A stretch of DNA of 64,000 nucleotides from Octopus bimaculoides (Eukaryota). Below are positions 40,380 through 52,975 of the stretch, piece by piece. The notes beneath the pieces are model-generated. The model had not been told where the DNA came from and did not search any database. It saw only the letters and a list, made by a program, of their open reading frames with translations. Each line of letters opens with the position of its first letter. Within the stretch, counting starts at the first letter, position 1. The position numbers were made by a program, and so were the translations under genes. The stretch is from NCBI RefSeq assembly GCF_001194135.2, contig NC_068998.1, positions 53,604,259 to 53,668,258 on the forward strand, given 5' to 3'.

Positions 40380-41535
40380 TTCAGCTATGACGAATTGGTT
40401 AGATCAGGGTATTTGCTATTAATATTATTAGAACGCATTTTACGTTCTCAGTTCAAACACCGCTGAGTTCATATTCATCTTTCATCATTCTTGGGTTGAT
40501 AAAGCATCTATCAGTGGATTAGGCTTTTAATTTTAATCAAATTTAACATTCATCCAAATCTCAGTTACTGAGTCTACGCCAGAGATCAATACTGTTGTTC
40601 TATGCCAGAGATCAATGCTGTTGTTCTATGCCAGAGATCAATACTGTTGTAAGCGTCCTTTGGCATCGTGGTTAAAAATCTCGCCGCCTTTAACGTTGAT
40701 ATTAAAATAAAGTACCAACCCAATAGAGGGATCGATTTAAGGCTCCGCACCTCCCCGACTAAATTTAATCACATAATATCTATCACATGCATAGACACGT
40801 CCTAACAGTGCAGTGTAAATTCTTTGAGTAGTGAGCCTTGATACTTTCAAAAAGAAGTCATCATAAGATATCTCATAAGATTTATATTCATTATTTGAAA
40901 ACTTAACTATTTTACATACGATAAACGTCCCCAAATGGAAAATATAATGTACACATATTGATTTCAAATATTGGCGCAAGGCCAGCAATTTCGAGGGGAA
41001 GGGCGAGTCGATTACATCGATTCCAGTGCTCAATTGGTACTTCTTTTATTGACCTCGAATTGAGGAAAAGGAGAGTTGATCTCGGCGAAATTTGAACACA
41101 GAACGTAAATACGGACGAAGTGTCGCTAAGCATTCTGTCCGGTGTGCTACCGATAGTGTCATCTCGCTGCGTTAACAATGTGCCAATATGAAATTCAACA
41201 AAATGACTAAATCTGCATAAAGTATACAACTATAAAAAAGTACGTATGATGGCTGAATTTAGAAAATTTCATGACCAGTTTTTAAAGAAAATTTTTCAAA
41301 TTTAACAAGAACTACACGAATTTCTATTATACTACATTACACAATATGCCTGGAATTCTTCGGGCTATCCCATTAAAACGAGCTCGGTGTTTGACTGGGA
41401 CTTGATTCAGCTACCCGGGGAGGTTCGAAGACAAGGTCGACCTCGGTGGCATTTGAACAAAAATCGTAAAAGCGGACATATTTGCTTCTAAGCATTTCAA
41501 CCGGCGTGCTAACGATTCTACCGGTTCGCTGCCTT
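40380..41535. mobile_element. Cluster of family A SINEs: plus copies ~40380-40520 and ~40655-40740, minus copies ~40975-41150 and ~41370-41535
   Basis: B-box and GTCGA blocks in both orientations. Confidence 0.75.
40574..40650 (+). repeat. 26-bp tandem repeat x3 (CTATGCCAGAGATCAATACTGTTGTT)
   Basis: Three near-identical units, lying between SINE segments. Confidence 0.92.
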
Positions 41536-42126
41536 GCAAATCAATATCATAATAAAATCACGGGAAACGGATCTGAAAATATTTCAACCTGCAGATAACA
41601 GAGATACAGTATTCTATAAATAATGATATTTTCCAAACACAATCTGGAACATTGATAAGGAAATAAGCAAGGCTTCCACAAAATCATTTCAGAGACCGTT
41701 ATAACAACAATAAAGAAAATGGGGGGAAACTAGAGATGCATTGTTTTTATCATGAATAAAGGCACAAATGCGCACGTGCTCGTAAGTTTATCTCTCTATC
41801 TACATATATGTCAATATATATATATATATAATTATATAAATATATATATGAATATATATATGCATTATATATAATATATTTAGATAGATAGATATACATA
41901 TATATACAATTACATATATAAATAGACACATACATACATACATATATATAATTGTGTATCGTATTTGCTTATACATGAGAAAATTTATCTATTTTCTCAA
42001 TTTTTAATCTAGAACCACTTGAGAGAAGAATATTAAAAATACATTAGAGTTATGTATATAACAGCGCATGGTACTTCAGCAACAAGTTCTTAAAGATACA
42101 TGTTTTATGTATGTTTACAGAAATGT

Positions 42127-42159
<33 letters not shown>

Positions 42160-42761
42160 NNNNNNNNNNNNNNNNNNNNNNNNNNNNNNNNNNNNNNNNN
42201 NNNNNNNNNNNNNNNNNNNNNNNNNNNNNNNNNNNNNNNNNNNNNNNNNNNNNNNNNNNNNNNNNNNNNNNNNNNNNNNNNNNNNNNNNNNNNNNNNNNN
42301 NNNNNNNNNNNNNNNATATATATATACGTATAATACAATATGCACATCATTCCTTCCATGCATAAACATATACATCATGTAGGCGTATCTGGATGTGCAC
42401 GTGTGTATGCATATACGTTTATCATAATTATCACCATTATCATCCCACAGCAACAGCAGCAGCAGCAGTTCCATATTTTAGACACCTCTTCTTTTCTGGA
42501 ATATATTTTATCGTTTAGTATCAATCGTATGAACAGCTTTCTGAAATCTCTACTTTTCCTCTTGTATTCCATACATTCTATAATAATTACACTTTTCACA
42601 ACACACTCCATCACACATCACAAGGCACCGGTATTTGGTTATAAGCCAGATTCTAAATTTTCAGGCAACTTCTTAGAATAAATGTCAACTGAGTTTCTAA
42701 AAACAAATTAAATTATAAAGAATATTTGAGATTAGAGACAAAAATGGAAGTATTAAATATC

Positions 42762-42824
<63 letters not shown>

Positions 42825-42892
42825 NNNNNNNNNNNNNNNNNNNNNNNNNNNNNNNNNNNNNNNNNNNNNNNNNNNNNNNNNNNNNNNNNNNN

Positions 42893-42938
<46 letters not shown>

Positions 42939-42975
42939 GTATATATGAATGCATAATACACGTGTGTGTGTAATA

Positions 42976-43007
<32 letters not shown>

Positions 43008-43502
43008 CATATGTATATATGCGTATATATGAATGCATAATACACATGTGTGTGTATATGCGTAGTTCTAAACACTCAGGATAAAAGCTTGCTTATTAAA
43101 TAGATAAGATTAAATATGATTTAACATTTCTATTTGTTTTCATTTTTATACTTGGAATGAGTCTTTAGAACACTTATCTAAATCAACTTTAATTTTTAGA
43201 TTGAAAGCAATGTTGTACGTATGTCATACTTTAATCATTCTCAGTGTTGTTTATTCAACCGAAAAATAAAACAATTTAATACACTGAACTCGATTTTATT
43301 CCAGCTGAAGTAATATTTCCGGTTTTTCTGTCGTCATTCGATTTCATCTAATGCTTCTTAATGGGTAATTCTTCATTACAATATTTCATTACTGAAAAAT
43401 GATTGTATCTCGTTAATTATTGTGGAAGTCAGTTACTGCAAACAATACACTAATACAAAAAAAATATGAATGAATGGGGTTAGAAGAACAAGTCGAATCC
43501 CT

Positions 43503-43595
43503 GTCTTCCAGGCAACCTACTGCCTCCAGGTAACCTTCCTTCAAGGCAACATCCTGCCTTCCAGATAAACTCCTGCCCTGCATGCAACTTCCGGA
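43503..43595 (+). repeat. Degenerate ~19-bp minisatellite (CTTCCAGGCAACCTCCTGC-like) x~5
   Basis: Recurring TTCCAGG(C/T)AAC..CTGCC units. Confidence 0.65.
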
Positions 43596-43934
43596 TTTTA
43601 ATTGCTTAAATGCACAAAATACGCAGAGAGAGAGGAATCACCATATGCGAAGTACGTTTCGCAATTTGCTGATTGACCTAAACTTTGTGTCTGAGTTTAC
43701 CTCTTCAATTATCGTTCGTCTCGGACTCATTCCGAGCATTTTTCATTCATAGCCCATATATTTCGAAAGGAAAAGTTTAATAATATATATATATATATGC
43801 ACTAGTTGCTCCGATGGAGTAATTACCACATATTCAGAAATAAGTTATAGGGTTTTCTTCAGCTAGACCCTTCGAATAACTGAAACGAGTATGTGATAAA
43901 AGATGTGTACATGCATGTACACACACAAACACAC

Positions 43935-44003
<69 letters not shown>

Positions 44004-44185
44004 CAACATGAACAGGAATAAGAATAAAGAAAATCACATCAATGATGATGTTAATTCTATTTGCATTTATTGGTGTCTGATTTATTTAACCAAGTTCACT
44101 TATTCCTGAGTGCTTTCTAGATATCTACCTGGATTTATTGATCCGTTTTACCTGTTGTTATATACTTACATATGTATGTGTGTGT

Positions 44186-44218
<33 letters not shown>

Positions 44219-44764
44219 GACTTTTACATGCATTTGCATATAGATGTAGGCCAATTCCAAATTATTTGCATTCTGTCTTTTTCACATAATAGCATTAACA
44301 TGGAAATTGCAGCGATATATTTTGATTTATGACTTCAATGGATGCCTTCCGTTTCATACAGCACCTATATTTTTTTCTTGTTCTGCAATTTCTGTACATA
44401 ATTTAAGCATCATATACCTTTTCGATAATCTTGTTTTTATGAAGAAATAATTGATGTGAATAATTCAGGAAATCTCAGTGTTCAAACTCGAATCAATGTC
44501 TGGCATGTAAGCATAATACATATTACTATACGGCTACTGTATGCTTCGCGTTTCTAAGATTTCATGTATATGAAGGAAATCCATTCCTACCGGATTTTCA
44601 GGAGACGGCGCACCTAGTTCCTGTAATATTTCCCTCATGTCTCTCTTTGTTACTTGTATTTTATTGTTAAATATAGCTACAGGAATAGGAGAAATATTGT
44701 CTTCCGCTCATTGCATATCAATACAGTCCGATCAATATCATAAAAATATCTTTGTATTTTAGGA

Positions 44765-44890
<126 letters not shown>

Positions 44891-45946
44891 GTACGTGCGT
44901 GTGTGTGTGCGCGCGCGCGTGAATATGTGATTATGTGTGCGTGTCTGTGTAGGTAAAATCATCAAAACAGCCATTGACTCATAAGGCCTGTTTCCGTTGC
45001 AGAATTCCGCATCTTCGCCGGATGAATAGACTGGAGCCAACGAAAACAAAAGTGTTTTGTAGAGGAACACAACGCATCGCCCAGTTCCCGAATCGAAAAC
45101 GCGATGTTAAAATCATGGGTGAAGCACCCTATCTGCTGAGCCATATTATTTATGGCTCAGCAGATAGGGTGCAGATATATATATACATTTATGTGTTTAT
45201 ATATGTATCTCGGAATGCCTAAATGTATACACCCATGTAGACATCCCGACCAAGCTCACATTGACAAATTTTGGGCTGTCACAATTACAAGTTATTACTT
45301 TACCGTTTTATAGGCAGAAATATTTATGTGAAGATGAGAAATATATCATTTTTATTTAATGCGTTAATGTATTCATATTTGCTGCTAGGTTGAAGCAATT
45401 TTCTCGTTTGTGATAGATAGATGTGAATTGTCACTTGTCTATAATTACTAATTTCGTTTCCTCTGCTGCTAATGTTTTCTGTTTTTTCTTCAGCAACTTT
45501 TAACCAGTTTCTATGCAACAATAGTTATTAGTTAGAGTTACTGAACGTGCTGTAGCTGTTCTTGTTGTAAGAACGACCACATAGATATTAGGAGAAGCAA
45601 ATAAACGAATTATATTAAATCTAAGTTACACACACACACACACACACACACACATCTATATATATGAATATATGTCTATGTAATATATATGAAAAAGTGC
45701 TTAGAGTTTGTGTATTTGTATGATAGGGGGAGGGGGGTTCTGTCCTTCACCACAACTTGTGAACCAGCATTCATTTTGTGTGCCCGAAACTTAGCCATAA
45801 TGCGGAGAGAATGATGAGCAGAAGGTTTAAAAACCATTATCAGTAAGGATCAATTTGTTCGACTGAACCCTTCCAGGCGATTCCTTGGCGTCACCCGTGT
45901 CCAACGGCTGAAAGAAGTAAGAACAAAGAGACATAAAAAAGAAACA

Positions 45947-46232
45947 GGCGCAGGCGTGGGTACAGGCACAGATGTAGCCCCAGTCACAAGGCACAGGCGG
46001 AACTACAGGCGCAGGTGTAGCCACAGCCGCAAGGCACAGGCACGGCTGCAAATGCAGGCGTAGCCACAGCCGCAGGCACAGGTATGGCTACAGGCGTAGC
46101 TACAGGTGCAGGTGTGGCTACAGGTGCAGGCGTAGCCACAGCCGCAGGCATGGCTACAGCCGCCGGTTACAGCCGCTGGCGTAGCTACAGCCGCAGACAT
46201 GCCTACAGTCGCAGGCGTAGCTACAGGCGCAG
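45947..46232 (+). repeat. GC-rich degenerate 6/12/18-bp array (CAGGCGTAGCTACAGGCG-like) fused to a SINE head
   Basis: Starts GGCGCAGGCGTGG and runs continuously into GGCGCAGGCGTGTCTGTGTAGTAAG, the SINE B 5' end. Confidence 0.85.
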
Positions 46233-46590
46233 GCGTGTCTGTGTAGTAAGAAGCTTGCTTCCTAACGACATGGTTCCGGGGTCAGTCCCACTACGTGGCA
46301 CCTTGGGCAAGTGTCTTCTACTATAGCCTGGGGATTTTGTAGACGGAAACTGAAAGAAGCCTGTCGTGTGTATATGTGTGTGTGCGTGCGTGTGTGTGGG
46401 TGTCAGTGTTTCCTCGCCCCACCCATATTGGTGTGTTTACATCCCCGTAACTTAGCGTTTCGCCAAAATAGACCAAGAGAATAAGTACTAGGCCTACAAA
46501 GAATAAGTTCTGAAGACGATTTGTTCGGCTAAAGGCAATGCTCTAACATGGCCGCATTCAAATGGCTAAAACAAGTAAAAGAATAAAAGA
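46226..46590 (+). mobile_element. tRNA-derived SINE family B (CORE-like), full length
   Basis: A-box-like GTGTAGTAAG, B-box GGTCAGTCCC, CORE-like CACCTTGGGCAAGTG, internal (GT)n, tail (AAAAGAAT)n. Confidence 0.88.
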
Positions 46591-46603
46591 ATATATACAT
46601 ACA

Positions 46604-47170
46604 TAAAAAGCTGGCACTCCGTCAGTTACGACGACGAGTTTTCCAGCTGATTCGATCAACGGAACATACTACTCGTGAAATTAACGCGCAAGTGGCTTAG
46701 TACTCCACATGCATGCATACCCTGAACATAGTCCTCAGTGAGTTTGAAATAGTCCTCAGTGAGTTTGAAATAGTCCTCAGTGAGTTTGAAATAGTCCTCA
46801 GTGAGTTTGAAATAGTCCTCAGTGAGTTTGAAATAGTCCTCAGTGAGTTTGAAATAGTCCTCAGTGAGTTTGAAATAGTCCTCAGTGAGTTTGAAATAGT
46901 CCTCAGTGAGTTTGAAATAGTCCTCAGTGAGTTTGAAATAGTCCTCAGTGAGTTTGAAATAGTCCTCAGTGAGTTTGAAACTGAGCTTGAAACAGAATGT
47001 GACAGAGCTGGCCCCTTTCAAATATATGTAAAACTCATTTTTGTCAGCCGAGAGAAGTGGAGCAACGTGAAATAAGATGTCTGGCACAACAACACAACGC
47101 GTCACCAGGAATCGAACTCAGGATCTTATGATCGTGGTGCGAATACTCTAACCACTAACTCAGACACCTT
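46604..47170 (-). mobile_element. tRNA-derived SINE family C, full length, inflated by an internal minisatellite
   Basis: Minus-strand head TTAGTGGTTAGAGTATTCGCACC..GAGTTCGATTCCC (A and B boxes). Body colinear with 34150-34435. Confidence 0.85.
46728..46979 (+). repeat. Perfect 21-bp minisatellite x12 (ATAGTCCTCAGTGAGTTTGAA)
   Basis: 12 identical head-to-tail units, no spacers; translates as (IVLSEFE)12. Confidence 0.98.
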
Positions 47171-47734
47171 CATTAACGCATATACGTACATACAACCTCA
47201 ATTTAGTCATAGCTTGCCAGAAACATTTTCAGAAACATTATTAGTGATCATTATACACATTCAGATAGCGTTGGTGTTTGTTTCTTTATGTAGATTTTTT
47301 TGTATTTGTGACTATGTGCGCATGCGTATTTCTCAGCTGGTGATGATGGTAGTAGTGTTGGTTCTAAGTAAGCTTTCACGCATTATATATTCAGTTTGAC
47401 AGTTTCCAATAACATACTATTATATTCATAGCTAATCGTCTATATTATATTGTTATCTTCAATATTACATCCGGAGATAAAGCATATAATTTCTAATATA
47501 TTTAGCTATCTTGCATTTTTAGATTTCATTATAAATCAACCATTTTTTCTCTGCTATTCTGTCTGCAGTTCTGAGCGTGTATTTCGAGACTTACGCCACG
47601 TCATTCTGCGCCCATATATTCCGAGAACGGACATGGGTGTAGGGTCCACAAATACCTCAAACATAGAGCCCTATCAGAATCAATTGTCATTTCGTTTTCC
47701 ACCAGAATTCCGAAACGTGAACGACTGAGATGAA

Positions 47735-47823
47735 GGGTAATACAGGTAGTCATGATGGGTATATCGGGTTTCGTACATTTGTATCCCAGTGTTACTTTGG
47801 TGGCATGCACTGCTCTCTCACTC

Positions 47824-47879
<56 letters not shown>

Positions 47880-47880
47880 G
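47735..47880 (+). mobile_element. Family F 3' end with (AAT)n tail
   Basis: GGTAGTCATGATGGGTAT..GGCATGCACTGCTCTCTCACTC(AAT)~18. Confidence 0.85.
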
Positions 47881-48699
47881 AGGTCGTGTAAATTGCCCAT
47901 TACTACGATGCAATCAACTGGTCTTGTGTTAGCTAGCGGTAACGAGCAACGGTCATTGTGTACGAATTGCTCGTGTTGAACGGGGAAAATGTTTTGCGTC
48001 TGTAAAATTAATTCTCTAAATGTTTAGTTTACGCGGGAGACGTCCAATTTCTATTGATTGGAAAACGCAGGTGTGTACGTATGTAAATACGTGCGGCGTG
48101 TGTATATAAATATATATATAGATAGATATTATTGTACGTGTGCGTATGTGTTTGTGCATGTGCGTTAGTAGGTTTAACGTCTTCCTCTACGTACGCTAGT
48201 CTCCGTGTGTATTTCTGCGAATATTTTTAGGATACTTGTCACCGAAGCTAATCTATGTTTTACAAACACTAGTATATTATTACTCTTTGACCGTATGGGA
48301 ATCGGCAACGCTACAAGCTTCAACAAGCGCCGATCTGCAGAATGGGTAACCAATGAACTGAAGTTAATTTGTTCCGATACTAAAACATGTACTTCTATTC
48401 TTTAAAAACATTTGTCGAGAGCAAAATATCATTCTTTACCCACTTTCATTCTCTGCATTCATTACTCTTTTTCTTCATTGAATCTATCTCTCGCTTTCTC
48501 TCTCTATCACTCGCTTTCTCTCTCTTTCTTTCTCTTCCTCACTCGCTCTCCTCTTCTCCCTCTCCTTTATGAGTTCCGTTCTCATTGATACTGGTGTATC
48601 CGTTACTCTTCCTATATGTATTAACACTTAAAATTACTCTGAAGTTTCTACACACGCTTCACAATTTTAATACCGCCATCCGTACCACCGCTGCGCCGT

Positions 48700-49135
48700 A
48701 GTGTTTGTAGTTCTTAGCTCACGATTGTTAGGTTGTCAGTTCGATTCATGGCGGCGCTTGTGTTCTTGCGCAAAGCATTTTATCTCACGTTGCCAAATTA
48801 ATGCGAATACTATAAACATACGTCGAGCTTGCGACCGTGAGGTTGTGAGTTCGAATCCCGGACCGGGCTGCGTGTTGTGTTCTTGAGTAAGACACTTAAT
48901 TTTACGTTTGCTCCAGTTCACTCAGCTGTAGAAATGAGTTGCGACGTCACAGGTGCCAAGCTGTATCGGCCCCTTTGCCTTTCCCTTGTATAACATCCGT
49001 GGCGTGAAGAGGGGCGGCCGGTATGCATGGGTGACTGCTGGTCTTCCATAAACAACCTTGCCCAGACCTGTGCCTCGGAGGGTAACTTTCTAGGTGCAAT
49101 CCCATGGTCAATCATGACCGAAGGGGGTCTCATAC
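48700..49135 (+). mobile_element. tRNA-derived SINE family D with a duplicated head
   Basis: Two successive heads (CAGTTCGATTC ~48737; GAGTTCGAATCCC ~48847), each followed by TGTGTTCTTG. The tail CATGACCGAAG also occurs at ~37058. Confidence 0.8.
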
Positions 49136-49440
49136 ACACACACACACACAAACTCTGTTTATAATCCTGTAATTAAATGGTACGAATGGAGTTAAGATGT
49201 TCACAGTTCACCTGTAATGATAGACATAACCACATTCTTGGAAATATCCTCAGGATGATTTTAAAACGTTGTTCGCACATTATTCACTCAGCGCTTTCAA
49301 CATTTTCTAAAGTTTCGGCCATTTTTTTTATATCATTGTGAACAAACTTTTTTAGCGGTGGGCCTTCGCGTGAAGGTTTTCTATGCTATGTATATATTCG
49401 TAATTTAGCAAACAAATGTATTGATCTTTAGCACAAAACC

Positions 49441-49441
49441 A

Positions 49442-49515
<74 letters not shown>
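49441..49515. repeat. (TAG)n microsatellite, ~25 units
   Basis: Direct inspection. Confidence 0.97.
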
Positions 49516-49516
<1 letters not shown>

Positions 49517-49793
49517 GGGTGATGCTGTGATGGTGATATTGAATAAAAAATTTTAATCCTCTCCATTCTTAACTTTAGCCTGCTAGGAAACAAGGATAAG
49601 AGAAACGTTTTAATCCCCAACAGAAATCGAAGCAATAATCTACACTGTACCTATTGATTACATGTACCTAACGATCTTACGTAATTTCTATATATACTCA
49701 CACACACATATATACACATACATACATATATATTTATATATACTTACATATACTTATATGTATATGTGTATAACATATACTTATATGTATATA

Positions 49794-49825
<32 letters not shown>

Positions 49826-49846
49826 GTATGTGTGTGCGTATGTATG

Positions 49847-49889
<43 letters not shown>

Positions 49890-50489
49890 ATATATAGTAC
49901 GTAAATTTTGGTAAAGAAAATCTCCGTTATGTCATAATTCCCTGAATCAATGTTTTTCTTTCCTTTCAATAATAATCTTTGAGATCAAACAATTTGATGG
50001 TTGAACATTTTAAAACCTTCAGTAATTCCACCCACCAGACTTCTTTTCTTATCTTTTTTTGTTCTTTTGCACTGAAACAAAAATGATGAAGGGAAAAGCG
50101 CGGAAGTGTTTTAAAATAAATCTTCAATCTTCTTAAATATTTAAAATGTAAATTTCAAGTGTGAAGCTCAACAAATAAACACTTGATGACAACCGATTAA
50201 CTCAAGACAATCTTCACAATAATATTATTTGAGTTGTTCCTTAAGGCTGCAAGCTGGTGGAATCGTTAAAACGCTGACACAAATGCTTGGTAACATTTCG
50301 TCCGTCTTTACAGCCTGAGTTCAAATACCACCGAGATCCACTTTGGCTTTCAGCCCTTCCAGCCTCGACAAAATAGGCACCATTTAAGCACTAGGATTGA
50401 TGTTTCGAAAAATCACAAAGCCAAGTATATTTTAACGAAGAAACTTTCATTCTTCTTGTAATTACTCTTGAAGGCAAGTACTCAAGAGG

Positions 50490-50780
50490 TTAAATAGCTG
50501 CACTCACGACCAAAGTTTGTGGTTCCGATTCCTAAACCGGGTGCTGTGTTGTGTATAGTTTCTATTCCCAAAGAGAACGGTGCTGGTGACCATTAGCAAA
50601 GCACTTCTTTTCTCGCTGCTCCAGTTCACTCAACTCTAAATGGGTTCCATCAATACTAAGAAAGGTTAACCTGCGAAGGACTGGCGCCCCGTCCAGCGAA
50701 AAGATTTCTAACCTCAGATAGTTATACGCCATGAAACTCTTGAGTTCGGCCCTCATAAGTCCGAGGCTTCATGAAAGACC
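50490..50780 (+). mobile_element. tRNA-derived SINE carrying a V-domain-like block
   Basis: Head GGTTCCGATTCC, then GCTCCAGTTCACTCA, then AACCTGCGAAGGACTGGCGCCCCGTCCAG (50668-50696). Confidence 0.65.
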
Positions 50781-51375
50781 CAAGCTAAACTAACTATTCC
50801 TGAAGACTTCTCAAACCACTCTTTTGGCTCCTGTAACAAGTTAGTGAAAAACAATTAACACCCTCAAAAGCAAAATTCACGATATCCTCTTCCCAAAATG
50901 TTGTTACCTATCTGTGATTGATACCATTCAGAGTTGAAATAAATTTTATATAAAGAAGTAACAAATTATGTATTTCTGCTTATTTAATATTCAAAACTTC
51001 TAAATTTCAATGAGAAACATTTTCCAGAGAGGAATTCTATTCATTAAATTGAGTGGTGTATCATTAAAGCAAGGAAACGGAAACCAATTAAAGAGTAATT
51101 ATTAGTTAACTAGTTGGTCAACATGGTATTATTGTCAATATACGTTCTGTTGAAATATTTAAACATATACGCTTAAAAGAGTCGCACAAATGTGTATAGA
51201 AAGACCACGAATTTATACATGTGTATATGTGTATATATGTACGCATGTATATAATATATATATATATACCAACACATGCACAAACATGTATACTTACATA
51301 AGTAAATATATACTTTTGTACACCCCCCTTCCCGTAACATACAGACAAGCGCACCCACGCGCACGCAAAAAGACT

Positions 51376-51417
<42 letters not shown>

Positions 51418-51581
51418 TTGTATGTCTTATGAATGTGTGTGTGAGTGTGTGTTTACATAACTATGGATGTTAAATGCAAATCGGCGATATTTAATCCGAC
51501 GATAGAACCAGCAAATAAAAAGCATGGAGAAAATTTACATTAAACAGTTGTCAGTTATGATGATGATAATGGTGGTGGTTG

Positions 51582-51615
<34 letters not shown>

Positions 51616-52700
51616 TATCATCATCGTCATCATCTTTTTCTTCTTTTCTTCATAATAATAATAATAGTGATAATATTAAGACAATGAAGAATACTGGAGA
51701 ATATATATATTTATTTGAAATTACGTTGTTTGAAATCACCTCAGTTTTGAAGGTGTTTTTCTGAAATAGACAGAGATGACATTGAAAAACTACATGCAAC
51801 GTGTGCACGCATCCAAACGCCTCCACAACTCCTCACAAAAGATATTTTCATAGTTTTATATACTTTTTGTGGTGTTTTTTAATGCTTTATCTTTCAATTC
51901 ATTGTCTTTGGGAACATGCACATTTATCTCTTCCTGCCTAACAATTTATCATTTCTTCATCTCGCCTCTCTCATTGCACCTTTTATAACTTTAAATAACA
52001 TCATTTAAAATATCAAAGTCTTCAATGGTGAGGAATTTTCTATTTAGCTAAGTTTTATGTATCAATAATATACAGGAAACACACACGCTCACACACACAT
52101 TTCCATACATACGTACACACACACACATATGTATATTATATATATATATACATACACAGGAACGTATGTATGCAAAAGTGTGTGTGTGTGTGTGTGTCTG
52201 TCTGTGTGTGTGTGTGTGTGTGTGTGATATCATCTGCTTTCAATCATTTATATTTTTCCACTGAGGAAGCAGCTGGTTTCAAAACAAAAATGAAAAGCTT
52301 CATTCTTGAAACGTAGATAACGAAAGCCATCTCACGTTTTGAACTGGAGAAGCGTTGCATGTTTTTACTGTTCCAACCAAAGAGAGTGTTTTTAATGTGC
52401 GAGTCAGTTGTTTGATTTCTTTTAATGAAAACTCAAACTTACTCATAATGTCAGTTGGGCATTTTAGACACGAAATCAAGTTCAACAATTATATTTATAT
52501 AAATGGCAACTTCGAAGCAGTTGTCCATTGTTATCCTAGCTCGAAGGTTCATCGTAGTTGTCCATAGCTATCCAGATGTATGCATGTACGTATGTATTTA
52601 TTTTTGTGCCTGTATGTGTGTGTGTGTGTTTATTGTGTATTTTTTAATATATTCTATAAAGTTTCGAACCTGGGTTCTCATTCTTAAGGTATTTGTCGAT

Positions 52701-52737
<37 letters not shown>

Positions 52738-52753
52738 TATTATTATTATTATT

Positions 52754-52825
52754 CAGGTCACTGCCTCGAATCGAACTTGAAATCTTGGGGTTAGTAGCTC
52801 GCGATCTTTACTACGCCATATGCCC
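52754..52825 (-). mobile_element. Short tRNA-like SINE with (AAT)n tail
   Basis: Minus strand GGGCATATGGCGTAGT..GCTACTAACCCCAAGATTTCAAGTTCGATTCGAGGCAGTGACCTG(AAT)n. A- and B-box remnants are present, but it lacks a tRNA acceptor stem. Confidence 0.75.
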
Positions 52826-52854
52826 GCGGGTAATTACGGAGTGAATTTTAGAGC

Positions 52855-52975
52855 TTGATGAAGGCTGGATGATATATCAGCCGAAACGTTGTGTTAACAA
52901 CAAACAAGATGAGGACAAATATCCGTCAAATGTAAATAATGTATATAATACCTCCTCTCTTAAATATAGAACTTT
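52855..52975 (+). ncRNA. Minimal type-I hammerhead ribozyme motif, Penelope terminal-repeat-like, 5'-truncated
   Basis: TTGATGA (52855-52861), extra A, perfect stem II GGCTG/CAGCC (52863-67/52878-82), GAAA, palindromic ACGT stem III, U. The 5' arm of stem I is missing in this copy. Confidence 0.72.

Noticed and set aside
46728-46979. CRISPR-like direct repeat array
   Set aside because: Units are contiguous with no spacers, no cas genes are present, and the context is eukaryotic and inside a SINE.
52754-52825. Functional tRNA gene
   Set aside because: D-arm is deleted, there is no acceptor stem, and it has an (AAT)n tail; it is a SINE head.
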